Shown: positions 17,035-24,537 of the stretch, one piece after another
How positions within the stretch are numbered: position 1 is the stretch's first letter
How the letters are laid out: every line of letters begins with the position of its first letter
The notes under the pieces: generated by a model
Told to the model about the DNA's origin: nothing
The model's database searches: none
The model's input: only the letters and a program-made list of their open reading frames with translations
Assembly (NCBI GenBank): GCA_963841735.1
Contig: CAWJDT010000004.1
Coordinates: 64,001-128,000 of the forward strand
DNA length: 64,000 bases
Direction: 5' to 3'
Source of the DNA: an uncultured Actinomycetes bacterium
GTDB taxonomy: Bacteria > Actinomycetota > Thermoleophilia > RBG-16-64-13
Made by a program: the position numbers and the translations under genes

Positions 17035-17826
17035 CTAGCGGTTTCCAGCTTCCGCGGGCTGACCGGTACGGCTCTGGCTCTGATCACAGGTGCCGTCTTG
17101 AGTCTGGTCACGATCCTGAGTCTGGTCGCCGTCCTGAGTCTGGTCACGATCTTGAGTCTGGTCACGATCTTGAGTCTGGTCACGATCCTGAGTCTGGTCG
17201 CCGTCCTGAGTCTGGTCACGATCGCCGGCCTGATTCTGCGCCTGGGCGTCGTTCTGCTCAAGATCGGGGGTGTCGATGTCATCCGGGCCACCGTTCTGGT
17301 TCTGCTCGGCATTGCCCGCTTGGGTAGAGCCACCGTTCTGGTTCTGTTCGGCCTGCGAACCACCGGCGTTGGCCTCACCGGTCAGGGCGCGGGCACGGGT
17401 GGATACACCCTGGCCGAAATCGTCGGCGGAGGCGTCGGTCGATGCCATCCAACGCAGCATCTCGGTCACCTGGGCTCGTATTTGCTCGGAGTCTCCTTGG
17501 TTGGCCGTCGCCACTGCATTGGCGGCCGCGATGAGTGCAGCGTTGGCTGAATCCTGCCCTGTCTCTGCCCCGGTCTGATAGCCGAGCGCCTCGGCTGCAT
17601 GGGCCAAGGCCTCGTCGCAGTCTCCGCTAGAGGCCAGTTCGACGGCTTCGGACAGACGTTCACCGAGGCCACCATTGCCGATGCCGACCTTCTCGGCGGC
17701 TCTATCTAGACCGTAGAGCGTATCGCCTGGGGCGGCCCCATCGGCCGCGAATGCCACACCTGTGGCGCATACGACAAGCAGTGCGGCCGAAGCGACCACC
17801 ACCATAAGTTTTGTCCTCTTCTTCAT
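17035..17826 (-). CDS. Secreted protein: Sec signal peptide, the same DUF5667-like domain, Q/D/T/R hexapeptide repeat tail
   Basis: ATG 17826 after AGAGAGG SD; MKKRTK-hydrophobic-VAFA|ADG; AAPGDTLYGLDRAAE, ERLSEAVEL, AANAVATAN, MLRWMASTD shared with 15939..16988. Confidence 0.8.
   Translation of the reverse strand: MKKRTKLMVVVASAALLVVCATGVAFAADGAAPGDTLYGLDRAAEKVGIGNGGLGERLSEAVELASSGDCDEALAHAAEALGYQTGAETGQDSANAALIAAANAVATANQGDSEQIRAQVTEMLRWMASTDASADDFGQGVSTRARALTGEANAGGSQAEQNQNGGSTQAGNAEQNQNGGPDDIDTPDLEQNDAQAQNQAGDRDQTQDGDQTQDRDQTQDRDQTQDRDQTQDGDQTQDRDQTQDGTCDQSQSRTGQPAEAGNR
17093..17223. repeat. In-frame 18-bp tandem repeat, 7 full units plus a partial one, encoding (D-R/G-D-Q-T-Q)n
   Basis: Units such as CGATCCTGAGTCTGGTCA, CCGTCCTGAGTCTGGTCA and CGATCTTGAGTCTGGTCA abut without spacers. 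Confidence 0.97.
17289..17355. repeat. Two copies of an ~22-bp coding repeat (AEQNQNGG x2), 42 nt apart
   Basis: caccgttctggttctgctcggc and caccgttctggttctgttcggc. Confidence 0.85.
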
Positions 17827-17865
17827 GACACTACCTCTCTTGACGGGTTGCGGTATTACACTCCC

Positions 17866-17894
17866 GTCATCGCTGAGGGTCGCAAAAAAGTTAC
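17866..17894 (-). promoter_or_regulatory. Candidate ECF-dependent promoter GTAAC-N17-CGATGAC; the -35 overlaps the sigma stop codon
   Basis: - strand gaGTAACttttttgcgaccctcagCGATGAC; fits the actinobacterial SigD-type GTAAC-N17-CGAT consensus. Confidence 0.7.
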
Positions 17895-18436
17895 TCTCTC
17901 TCGGGAAGGGCGTCCCTGAGGGCTGCAAGCGCCCTGCGCTGGAGTGCCTTGACAGCTCCCGCTCTTCTGTCGAGGACGCGCGCCGTTTGTTCCAGGGATA
18001 GGCCGCCGATCACCCGCAGGGCTACCACGGCGCGCTGATCATCAGTCAGACCTGAGAATGCCGCAAGCAGCTCGTCTCCGACGAGGCGGTCCAGAGCCTC
18101 CTGTTCGACGTCGCCGCCCAAGGGATCTCCTAGAAACTCGGATAGCGGGATCTGTGTTGCGCGTCTACCTGTGGCCCTCCAAGAGTCGACGAGGCGCCGG
18201 TGTGCAATGACAAAGACCCAGGATCTGAAGTTCGCTTCGTCGCCGTGGAAATTGCAGAGGTCTCGCGCGGCCTGAAGGAAGACTTCGGCGGCCAGGTCCT
18301 CCGGCTCGGCAGCGCCTCGGGTGGCGAAGTAGCCCTTCACTGGGCCGGCGAGATCGCGGTAGATCGCGGCCCACGCCGACTCCGCGCCACACTTGGCTGC
18401 GGCCAGGATCGTCTGGAAGTCGGGGCCCAATGACAT
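17891..18436 (-). CDS. ECF (group 4) RNA polymerase sigma-70 factor
   Basis: Region 2 AEPEDLAAEVFL...FRSWVFVIAHRRLVD; region 4 LTDDQRAVVALRVIGGLSLEQTARVL...AVKALQRRALAAL; 181 aa. Confidence 0.94.
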   Translation of the reverse strand: MSLGPDFQTILAAAKCGAESAWAAIYRDLAGPVKGYFATRGAAEPEDLAAEVFLQAARDLCNFHGDEANFRSWVFVIAHRRLVDSWRATGRRATQIPLSEFLGDPLGGDVEQEALDRLVGDELLAAFSGLTDDQRAVVALRVIGGLSLEQTARVLDRRAGAVKALQRRALAALRDALPERE

Positions 18437-18444
18437 ATACTTTA

Positions 18445-18473
18445 GTCAATACCACATCAAAGGGCCGCGTCAC
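18445..18473 (-). promoter_or_regulatory. Candidate autoregulatory ECF promoter GTGAC-N17-TATTGAC, probably giving a leaderless mRNA
   Basis: - strand GTGACgcggccctttgatgtggTATTGACtaaagtatATG; same geometry as the 17866-17894 site; no SD before the ATG. Confidence 0.55.
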
Positions 18474-18604
18474 AACCACGTGGTTCTTGGGCGGTAAGGG
18501 CCAAGCAGGTTGCAATAGGGAGCGCGATGCTTTAAAGTCTGCTGACTTTTCTACGAGACATGTCGCTTATAATACGCGTGACACAGGCAGGGCTAGGTAT
18601 ACAC

Positions 18605-18949
18605 ATGGGTGCGATTGAGGAATTCGAGAAGGCGCAGTTGCGGGAAGACATTCCTGTCTTCAAATCCGGTGACACGTTGCGTGTGCACTTCAAGGTGGTA
18701 GAAGGCACCCGGGAGAGGATTCAGGTGTTCCAGGGCTTCTGCATCTGCAGGCAGGGAGAGGGGTCCAGGGAGACCTTCACTGTGCGCAAGCAGTCTTTCG
18801 GAGTAGGGGTAGAGCGGACTTTCCCGGTACATTCTCCGAAAATCGATAAGATCGAGGTTACCGCGGTGGGCGATGTGGCACGGGCCAAGCTCTACTACTT
18901 GCGGGAGAAGCTGGGCAAGAAGGCCCGGGTCAAAGAAAAGCGCGTCTGA
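18605..18949 (+). CDS. rplS: 50S ribosomal protein L19
   Basis: [45 protein letters not shown]; TATAAT at 18568-18573. Confidence 0.98.
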   Translation: MGAIEEFEKAQLREDIPVFKSGDTLRVHFKVVEGTRERIQVFQGFCICRQGEGSRETFTVRKQSFGVGVERTFPVHSPKIDKIEVTAVGDVARAKLYYLREKLGKKARVKEKRV

Positions 18950-18961
18950 GGCGGCGATCTG

Positions 18962-19567
18962 CTGAGCGAACCGGATTCACCCCCTCTGGAGGAATGGAGG
19001 TCGGTCGAGCCAGGCGAGGTACCGTCTGTTCTGCCGGCTGACCGGAAGCACCGCCGAAAGTACAAATGGCTCATCGAGACGGTCGTTATCGTGGCGGCCG
19101 CTCTTGTTCTGGCCATCCTGATCCAGCAGTTTATCGTCAAGCCCTTCGCCATACCGTCACCGTCCATGGAGCCTACTCTGGTTCAGGGTGACAGGGTGTT
19201 GGTCAACCGGCTTAGCTATCACTTTCGCTCCCCGGAAAAGGGAGATGTCATCGTGTTTCACCCACCGGGCATTGAGGATTCCGAACCGTACATAAAGCGG
19301 GTGGTCGCCCTCGCGGGCGACACGGTTTCGGTGCATGACGGCCAACTGTGGGTGAACAGCGTGGCCCAAGAAGAGCCGTTCATCAAGGAGCGGCCTATCC
19401 TCGGGGACTTCGCCGAGGTGACCATCCCGGCAAGCTGTGTCTGGGTCATGGGCGATAACCGCAACAACAGCGGAGACAGCCGCAAGTTTGGGGCGGTTGG
19501 TATAGACAGGATCATCGGGGTCGCCTTCGTCATCTACTGGCCCCCCAGTCACTGGGGCGGTTTGTAG
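18962..19567 (+). CDS. lepB: Signal peptidase I (copy 2), probable CTG start
   Basis: SMEPTL, YIKRVV, GDNRNNSGDSR; the frame is open back to the rplS stop, and the TM anchor begins upstream of the first GTG (19091). Confidence 0.92.
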   Translation: MSEPDSPPLEEWRSVEPGEVPSVLPADRKHRRKYKWLIETVVIVAAALVLAILIQQFIVKPFAIPSPSMEPTLVQGDRVLVNRLSYHFRSPEKGDVIVFHPPGIEDSEPYIKRVVALAGDTVSVHDGQLWVNSVAQEEPFIKERPILGDFAEVTIPASCVWVMGDNRNNSGDSRKFGAVGIDRIIGVAFVIYWPPSHWGGL

Positions 19568-19577
19568 GCGGCGCGGC

Positions 19578-20267
19578 ATGGCGACGGGACGGAGTAGGAC
19601 CCAAAGGCGCATCTCCGACCCCTTTCGGTTTGACCTCGCCCGACTGACGGGAGAGGGGGGTGGTGAAGCCACCGACGACCTGCGTCTCGCCGGCGCCGAC
19701 GAGGCGGGCCGTGGTTGTCTCGCCGGGCCCCTGGTGGCGGCAGCGGTGGTGCTTGACTACAACAGCGCTCCCTTCCCGGGATTGACCGGCATCACCGACT
19801 CGAAGTTGCTCTCTTCCGCGCAGCGAGAGGCGCTCTATCCCGGTATTCTCCAGGCGGCTGTTAGTGTGTCTTGGGCAGCTCGCTCGCCGTCTACGATCGA
19901 TCGGGTGGGGCTGCACCGCAGCAACCTCCTGGCTCTGTGCCGAGTGCTGGAGACATTGGAGGGCGGGTACGGCCTTGCTTTGGTGGACGGTTTCGATTTG
20001 AAACGGCCCGACCTGCGAGCCAGCGCCGTTGTCGGGGGCGACTACAAGAGCGCGGCCGTGGCCGCGGCTTCCGTGGTGGCGAAGGTCGTGCGCGACCGGC
20101 TCATGAGAGCTTTGGCCACCCTGCACCCGCAGTACGGTTTTGAGGAGCACTTCGGCTACGGCACGCGTCGCCATCGGGAGGCCCTGAAGCAGCTGGGCCC
20201 CTGCGTGTTACATCGCCGGAGCTTCCAAGGGGTGGTGACGACGCAAATGGAGCTATGGGACAGGTGA
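19578..20267 (+). CDS. rnhB: Ribonuclease HII
   Basis: AGADEAGRGCLAGP, DSKLL, LVDG, GD..SAAVAAASVVAKVVRD, HFGYGT, HRRSF. Confidence 0.96.
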   Translation: MATGRSRTQRRISDPFRFDLARLTGEGGGEATDDLRLAGADEAGRGCLAGPLVAAAVVLDYNSAPFPGLTGITDSKLLSSAQREALYPGILQAAVSVSWAARSPSTIDRVGLHRSNLLALCRVLETLEGGYGLALVDGFDLKRPDLRASAVVGGDYKSAAVAAASVVAKVVRDRLMRALATLHPQYGFEEHFGYGTRRHREALKQLGPCVLHRRSFQGVVTTQMELWDR

Positions 20268-20385
20268 GCCCGAGCAGAGCCTGAGCCGCGCCCAAGCTGC
20301 GACCAAAGTCTGAGCGCCCGGCGCGATGATCTGCGTAGTGTGTTCGGGGTAAGCGACTGCTATCGCCACTCCAAAGGAGGGCACC

Positions 20386-20772
20386 CTGGACACCTACGCA
20401 CGCGCCAGTCTGGACCGGACCGCCAGAGGCCGAGCCGGAGAGCAGTTGGCCGCTTTCTTCCTCTCCGAGAGGGGATACCTGGTCCTGGCGCAGAACCAGC
20501 GCACTCCACTGGGAGAACTTGACCTCATCTGCAGGAGCCTCTCCGAGGTAGTGGTGGTGGAGGTGAAGTCTCGCTCCAGCGAGGAATACGGGGAGGCCCT
20601 AGAGGCGATCGGTCCGAGGAAGGCACGGCGCTTGAGGGCCGCCGCGGCTTGGTGGCTGGCCGATCAAGGCCTGTTCCCGTGCGCGGTGCGGTTTGATGCT
20701 GTGATCGTGGTCATGGACTGCCACGGCGGGCCATGCAGTTTGCATCACATGAGAAACATCCTGGAGACGTGA
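20386..20772 (+). CDS. yraN: YraN/UPF0102 family nuclease-like protein, probable CTG start
   Basis: RGRAGEQLAAFFL, GELDLI, VEVKSR, RFDA; AAAGGAGG 5 nt before CTG 20386. Confidence 0.92.
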   Translation: MDTYARASLDRTARGRAGEQLAAFFLSERGYLVLAQNQRTPLGELDLICRSLSEVVVVEVKSRSSEEYGEALEAIGPRKARRLRAAAAWWLADQGLFPCAVRFDAVIVVMDCHGGPCSLHHMRNILET

Positions 20773-20780
20773 AAGCGGCC

Positions 20781-22322
20781 ATGGGTTTCGCGTCGGTCTG
20801 GGGTTTCGCGGTCGTTGGTATCGAGGCGTTGCCCGTGCGGGTGGAGGCGCATGCGAGAAGCGGACTACCCGGAGTGACCATCGTCGGGTTGCCTGGTGCG
20901 GCAGTACGTGAGGCCAGGGAGCGCATCCGCTCCGGGGCGGCTTCGAGTGACTTGGCTCTCCCCACCAGGCGCATCACCATCAACCTCAGCCCGGGGGACG
21001 TTCCCAAAGAGGGACCGGGGTTCGATCTGCCGGTTGCGCTGGCCACTCTTGCCGCCTGCGGTCATCTGCCGGTCGACTGTCTGCGGGACATCGGTGCAGT
21101 TGGCGAAGTGTCCTTGGAGGGAGCGGTGCGTGCCACCCGGGGTGTGCTGTCCGTGGCTGAGGCGGCTAGCGCCCTAGGGGTGGATCTGCTGATCACCCCC
21201 ATCGAGGGGCTGGCGGCGGCCGCTGAGGTCAGTGACGTGCCCGTGGCGGGAGTGCGTTGTCTGAGCGAGGCGGTCATGGTGGTGAGGGACCTCCGTCGTC
21301 GGGCTCGGGTGATCGAACGGGGAAGGCGCTGGGTAAGGGGCCATGCTGGGGCTGAGGGCGGGGGCGAAGACGAGGCAGACCTCTCCGACGTTGTTGGCCA
21401 CCATCAGGCCAAGCGGGCCCTGGAGATAGTTGCGGCCGGCCGGCATCACCTGTTGATGGTCGGAGCTCCCGGGGTGGGAAAGACCATGTTGGCCCGCAGA
21501 CTGGCCGGCATACTGCCGCCGCTCAGCCGAGAAGAGGCTATCGAGGTGACCAGGATCTGGAGTGCGTCTGGTCTGCGCGATCCGAGGGCCGGGCTAGCAA
21601 GGGCGAGGCCCTTCCGAGCCCCGCACCACACCGCGTCGAGGGCTGCGGTGGTGGGCGGCGGTTCAACTCTGCGGCCGGGGGAGGTCAGCCTCGCCCATCG
21701 GGGTGTGCTTTTTCTGGATGAGCTTCCGGAGTTTTCCCGCGACGTGTTGGAGTCACTCAGGCAGCCGCTAGAGGAGGGTTGTCTGGTGATCTCGCGCCGA
21801 GCCGGGTCCTGCACGCTTCCAGCTCAGTGCACCCTGGTGGCAGCCATGAATCCATGTCCGTGCGGCTATTTGGGACACCCACAGAAGGCCTGCAGATGTA
21901 CGGGTGCTGCCGTCGCTCGCTATCGGTCTCGTCTAAGTGGCCCGCTACTTGACCGCCTTGACGTGCTGATGGAAGTACCACCTCTGACAGTGACACAACT
22001 CGACCAGACCGGCAGGTCGGAATCATCGGCCGCGGTGCGACAGAGAGTGAAGGCGGCCCGCGAGTTCGGTTGGGAGCGGGCTCGCTTTGAGACAGGCCAG
22101 CCGGGGCAGGCATTCGAGGACCGATATCGGCTGACCCCCGACGCGCGCCGTCTGCTGAGAAGGGCGTTCGTGCAGGAGTGCCTCAGCGGACGGGCGTTTG
22201 CGCGCATAGCCTGTGTGGCTCGTACCATCGCCGATCTGGACCAAGCGCACGCAGTGGCAGCCGACCATGTCGCCGAGGCCCTCGCCTTCCGCCTTGATTA
22301 CAGGAGGATCGGTTTCTCATGA
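20781..22322 (+). CDS. comM: YifB/ComM Mg-chelatase-like AAA+ ATPase
   Basis: IVGLPGAAVREARERI, PKEGPGFDLP, GAPGVGKTML, PFRAPHH, GEVSLAHRGVLFLDE, AMNPCPCG, SGPLLDR, ARTIADL. Confidence 0.95.
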   Translation: MGFASVWGFAVVGIEALPVRVEAHARSGLPGVTIVGLPGAAVREARERIRSGAASSDLALPTRRITINLSPGDVPKEGPGFDLPVALATLAACGHLPVDCLRDIGAVGEVSLEGAVRATRGVLSVAEAASALGVDLLITPIEGLAAAAEVSDVPVAGVRCLSEAVMVVRDLRRRARVIERGRRWVRGHAGAEGGGEDEADLSDVVGHHQAKRALEIVAAGRHHLLMVGAPGVGKTMLARRLAGILPPLSREEAIEVTRIWSASGLRDPRAGLARARPFRAPHHTASRAAVVGGGSTLRPGEVSLAHRGVLFLDELPEFSRDVLESLRQPLEEGCLVISRRAGSCTLPAQCTLVAAMNPCPCGYLGHPQKACRCTGAAVARYRSRLSGPLLDRLDVLMEVPPLTVTQLDQTGRSESSAAVRQRVKAAREFGWERARFETGQPGQAFEDRYRLTPDARRLLRRAFVQECLSGRAFARIACVARTIADLDQAHAVAADHVAEALAFRLDYRRIGFS

Positions 22323-23485
22323 CCGTGCCCGGGGGCACGTCGCGGCGAGCGTACGAGGCTGCTCTGGGGTTGGCCTGGCTGGGGACGTCCAAGGGCCACT
22401 CGGCCCTTAGGGCCCTGACTCGCTTAGGTGTGGAGGGTTTGTGGTGGGCGTCGCGGAAGGCCCTCTTGGAGATGGAAGTGGCGCTTCCCGTGGTGGCCGC
22501 CCTGGAGGAGGCGAGGCGGCACTTCGATGTTGCCGAGGCCGATGCGCTGATCACTCTTGCGGGCTTGCGCTTTGTGCCCTTCGGGGCTACCGGATACCCT
22601 CCGGAATTGGGGCACCTGGCTCTGCCTCCGGCTGGGCTATTCGTGAGGGGTGACTATGACGCTCTGAGTCGCCTGGCGGGGATCCCACGTGTAACGGTGG
22701 TTGGCACCCGCAAGGCCTCCGCTGAGGGACTAAGGACTACTGAGGCTTTCACGTCTGCTTTCTGTAGCCAGGGAGTAGCGGTGATAAGCGGCATGGCTCT
22801 TGGGGTGGATGGGCGAGCCCACCAAACCGCATTGGAGAGGGGGATGCTCACCGCCGCGGTGCTCGGGTGTGGGGCAGATGTCGCATATCCACCGAGGCAC
22901 CGATGGCTCTACGAGAAGATCGCCAAGAGGGGAGTGGTTATCAGCGAGTTGCCGCCAGGGACTCCTCCAGCTCGGTGGACCTTTCCGCATCGCAATCGGC
23001 TGCTGGCTGCCTTAGGCGACGCTGTTGTCGTGATCGAGGGTTCGTTGACGAGCGGCGCCATGCAAACGGCCAACTGGGCGTTAGATCTGGGACGGCCAGT
23101 GTTCTCTGTCCCCGGATCCATTTATGCGGAAGGGTACCAGGGCTGCAACATTCTCTTGAGGGACGGGGCATCTCCGGCTTTGCGGCCCGACCTCACTGTG
23201 GAGGATTTTCTTGCACAAACAAGAATCGACAGAGGAGAGCGACGGGGAAGCGAGCTGCATCCGTCCGCCGGAGCTGAGCTTTGCTCCCACGGAGGTCCGG
23301 GAATCGCAGGCGGTACTCGTGAGGCCGGCGTACTCGAGGCTCTTGCCAATGGTCAAGCTTCGCTGGACAGCCTGATGGCGCAGACGGGACTGTCGGTGCG
23401 GGAGCTGAGCGCGGTAGTTGCCGAGTTGGAGTTGGCCGCCCTTGTGGAGAGGGGCGGACCGGGCATGTACATCCGAGCACCTTGA
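22319..23485 (+). CDS. dprA: DNA-processing protein DprA
   Basis: VVGTRKAS, ISGMALGVDGRAH, FPHRNRLLAAL, SGAMQTA, VPGSI, GCNILLRDGA; C-terminal wHTH. Confidence 0.95.
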   Translation: MTVPGGTSRRAYEAALGLAWLGTSKGHSALRALTRLGVEGLWWASRKALLEMEVALPVVAALEEARRHFDVAEADALITLAGLRFVPFGATGYPPELGHLALPPAGLFVRGDYDALSRLAGIPRVTVVGTRKASAEGLRTTEAFTSAFCSQGVAVISGMALGVDGRAHQTALERGMLTAAVLGCGADVAYPPRHRWLYEKIAKRGVVISELPPGTPPARWTFPHRNRLLAALGDAVVVIEGSLTSGAMQTANWALDLGRPVFSVPGSIYAEGYQGCNILLRDGASPALRPDLTVEDFLAQTRIDRGERRGSELHPSAGAELCSHGGPGIAGGTREAGVLEALANGQASLDSLMAQTGLSVRELSAVVAELELAALVERGGPGMYIRAP

Positions 23486-23512
23486 TGAGCGAGGAGGCGG
23501 TTCGAAAGGACC

Positions 23513-24529
23513 ATGCAGTCTGCTTTCGAAATGGAATCGCCTTCCGCAGACGCGGCGCTTGACCAAGCGATTGGGAAATTCGTTCGGGGTCTCATCGCCG
23601 CCGACTATAGTCCTCGCACCATCGAAGCCTCGCTCAGCGACCTTCATCAGTTTGTCGCGTTTCTTGGGCAGCGCGGCTTTGAGCGCTGGGAACAAGTCAC
23701 GCGGGCGGGCGTTTCGGAGTTCGCGGCCGCGCTAGGAGACCCCGAGGGGCTGCCCGTCATGGCGACGCCGCATGCAAGCGGAGACGGGCTCGCCGACCAG
23801 GATTCCGTCGAGAGTGCGCGAAGCCGCCCCTACGCTAGGAGTACCGTCGCTCGCAAGCTCTCCGTAGTGCGGACCTTCCTGCGCTTCTGTGAGGACAACG
23901 GGATCGTCGAGACCAGCCCGGCGGTGGGAGTGTCAACCCCCAAGTTGTCGCGACGGCTCCCGCAGGTGCTTAGCGCTGAGCAGATGGCAGGCCTTCTTGA
24001 GGCAATGGACGGGGGAAAACCGCTGGAGCTGCGCGATAAGGCGCTTTTTGAGTTGATATACTCCTCTGGATTGCGCTGTCAGGAAGCGTTGGACCTGAGA
24101 CTAAGGGACGTCAGCTTTGATTCTTGCGAAATCCGGGCGAAAGGCAAGGGGCGCAAGGTGCGCGTCGTCCCAGCGGGGGAGGTCGCGCTGAAGGCCCTGG
24201 AACACTATCTGCGAGACGGCCGGAGCCGTTTAGTCGGCACTGATGCGCAGGAGGACCGGCTCTTCGTCAGCCGGACCGGGCGACCACTCTCGTCTTCGGA
24301 CGTCCAGAGACGCTTGGGTCGCTACCTGGCCCTGGCTGGTGCGCCCATAGGGACTTCACCCCACACTCTGCGGCATTCGTTCGCTACCCACCTTTTGGAA
24401 GGCGGCGCGGACCTTAGGGTGATTCAGGAGCTGCTGGGGCACTCGTCGTTGCGGACTACTCAAGTCTACGCACACGTTTCGGCTGCGCATCTGCGCAGAA
24501 CCTACCGACGCGCCCATCCGCGAGCGTAG
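23513..24529 (+). CDS. xerC: Tyrosine recombinase XerC/XerD
   Basis: ELIYSSGLR, GKGRKVR, PHTLRHSFATHLLEGGADLRVIQELLGH, TTQVY; conserved dprA-xerC context. Confidence 0.9.
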   Translation: MQSAFEMESPSADAALDQAIGKFVRGLIAADYSPRTIEASLSDLHQFVAFLGQRGFERWEQVTRAGVSEFAAALGDPEGLPVMATPHASGDGLADQDSVESARSRPYARSTVARKLSVVRTFLRFCEDNGIVETSPAVGVSTPKLSRRLPQVLSAEQMAGLLEAMDGGKPLELRDKALFELIYSSGLRCQEALDLRLRDVSFDSCEIRAKGKGRKVRVVPAGEVALKALEHYLRDGRSRLVGTDAQEDRLFVSRTGRPLSSSDVQRRLGRYLALAGAPIGTSPHTLRHSFATHLLEGGADLRVIQELLGHSSLRTTQVYAHVSAAHLRRTYRRAHPRA

Positions 24530-24537
24530 GGGCCGAT

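Noticed and set aside
17093-17223. Repeat array as a CRISPR
   Set aside because: 18-bp units abut with no unique spacers, the length is a multiple of 3 inside a signal-peptide ORF, and no cas genes are present
16642-17550. + strand 302-aa ORF with hydrophobic (ILSLVT)n repeats
   Set aside because: Antisense reading of the QDRDQT array; the - strand genes have SD sites, a signal peptide and a paralogous domain
18947-18949. rplS TGA as a selenocysteine codon
   Set aside because: L19 is complete at this point, no redox motif surrounds it and no convincing SECIS hairpin follows; CTG re-initiation is simpler
20265-20320. GAGCC-like short repeats after rnhB
   Set aside because: Degenerate, irregularly spaced low-complexity GC sequence with no consistent unit
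23513-24529. Tyrosine recombinase as a phage/ICE integrase
   Set aside because: Xer-type motifs (HSFATHLL.GGADLR..QELLGH) in the standard dprA-xerC position; no att repeats, tRNA or cargo; comM, a common insertion target, is intact
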